Assembly (NCBI GenBank): GCA_964617405.1
Contig: CAZTXX010000004.1
Location: 1-34,913 of the forward strand
Direction: 5' to 3'
From: an uncultured Aquimonas sp.
GTDB taxonomy: Bacteria; Pseudomonadota; Gammaproteobacteria; Xanthomonadales; Xanthomonadaceae
Length of the DNA: 34,913 bases
Part shown: positions 34,739-34,913 of the stretch, one piece after another
Numbering within the stretch: the stretch's first letter is position 1
Layout: every line of letters begins with the position of its first letter
Translations under genes and position numbers: made by a program
Notes under the pieces: generated by a model
Told to the model about the DNA's origin: nothing
Database searches by the model: none
Seen by the model: only the letters and a program-made list of their open reading frames with translations

Positions 34739-34913
34739 GGCTGCAGGTTCCCGCGGTGATGATGGTGATCGGCATGTGGGTCGGGGGCGCTGACTGCCGG
34801 CGCGGCGTCATCGTGATCCATCGAACCATGATCCATCGAACCATGATCCATCGAACCATGGTCCATCGAGCCGTGATCCATCGAGCCGTGATCCATCGAG
34901 CCGTGGTCCATCG
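34735..34913 (-). CDS. C-terminal end of the upstream gene, probably the RND periplasmic adaptor (CusB-like), with a Met/His-rich tail
   Basis: Translated by hand: ...(MDHGS)x6-MDHDDAAPAVSAPDPHADHHHHRGNLQP-stop; the TGA overlaps the cusA GTG (GTGA). Identity as cusB is inferred from position only. Confidence 0.75.
   Translation of the reverse strand, partial: MDHGSMDHGSMDHGSMDHGSMDHGSMDHGSMDHDDAAPAVSAPDPHADHHHHRGNLQP
34813..34913 (-). repeat. 15-bp coding tandem repeat (at least 6.6 copies) encoding MDHGS
   Basis: Units ATGGA(C/T)CA(C/T)GG(C/T)TCG; six complete units at 34822-34911; array runs off the window edge. Confidence 0.95.

Noticed and set aside
33837-34859. 340-aa ORF starting MVRWIMVRWI
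   Set aside because: Wrong frame of the MDHGS repeat, overlapping cusA out of frame.
34813-34913. Possible CRISPR array or iteron
   Set aside because: Contiguous 15-bp units with no spacers and only synonymous variation; it is a coding repeat.

Overview
High-GC gammaproteobacterial chromosome segment; the gene order and protein motifs are typical of Xanthomonadales/Lysobacterales (inference, not a database result). Most of the window is core genome: kdsC(partial)-kdsD / bolA-murA / dodecin / DUF3108-purN-purM / DUF2066-AI-2E-hda / YbjN-like / atl / rhomboid / secreted hypothetical / rnr-rlmB / glutathione peroxidase / OxyR-box-ahpC-ahpF / nnr-tsaE-amidase / alpha-2-macroglobulin / AhpD-like protein / SAM methyltransferase / cusA, plus the Met/His-repeat tail of an upstream (probably cusB) gene. 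I found no tRNA, rRNA, CRISPR array, transposase or integrase. The best candidate for an undescribed system is a two-gene minus-strand operon (17408-20822). It encodes a tyrosine-decarboxylase-like PLP enzyme and, after a 1-nt gap, a full-length HemN paralogue that has lost the radical-SAM CxxxCxxC motif. An FNR-type box is centred exactly 41.5 bp upstream of the first ATG with a correctly placed -10, which suggests an anaerobically induced, leaderless transcript. A second apparent pseudo-enzyme, a MoxR/CoxD-like AAA+ protein with altered Walker A, Walker B, sensor-1 and arginine finger, sits where pbpC and mutL would normally be expected.
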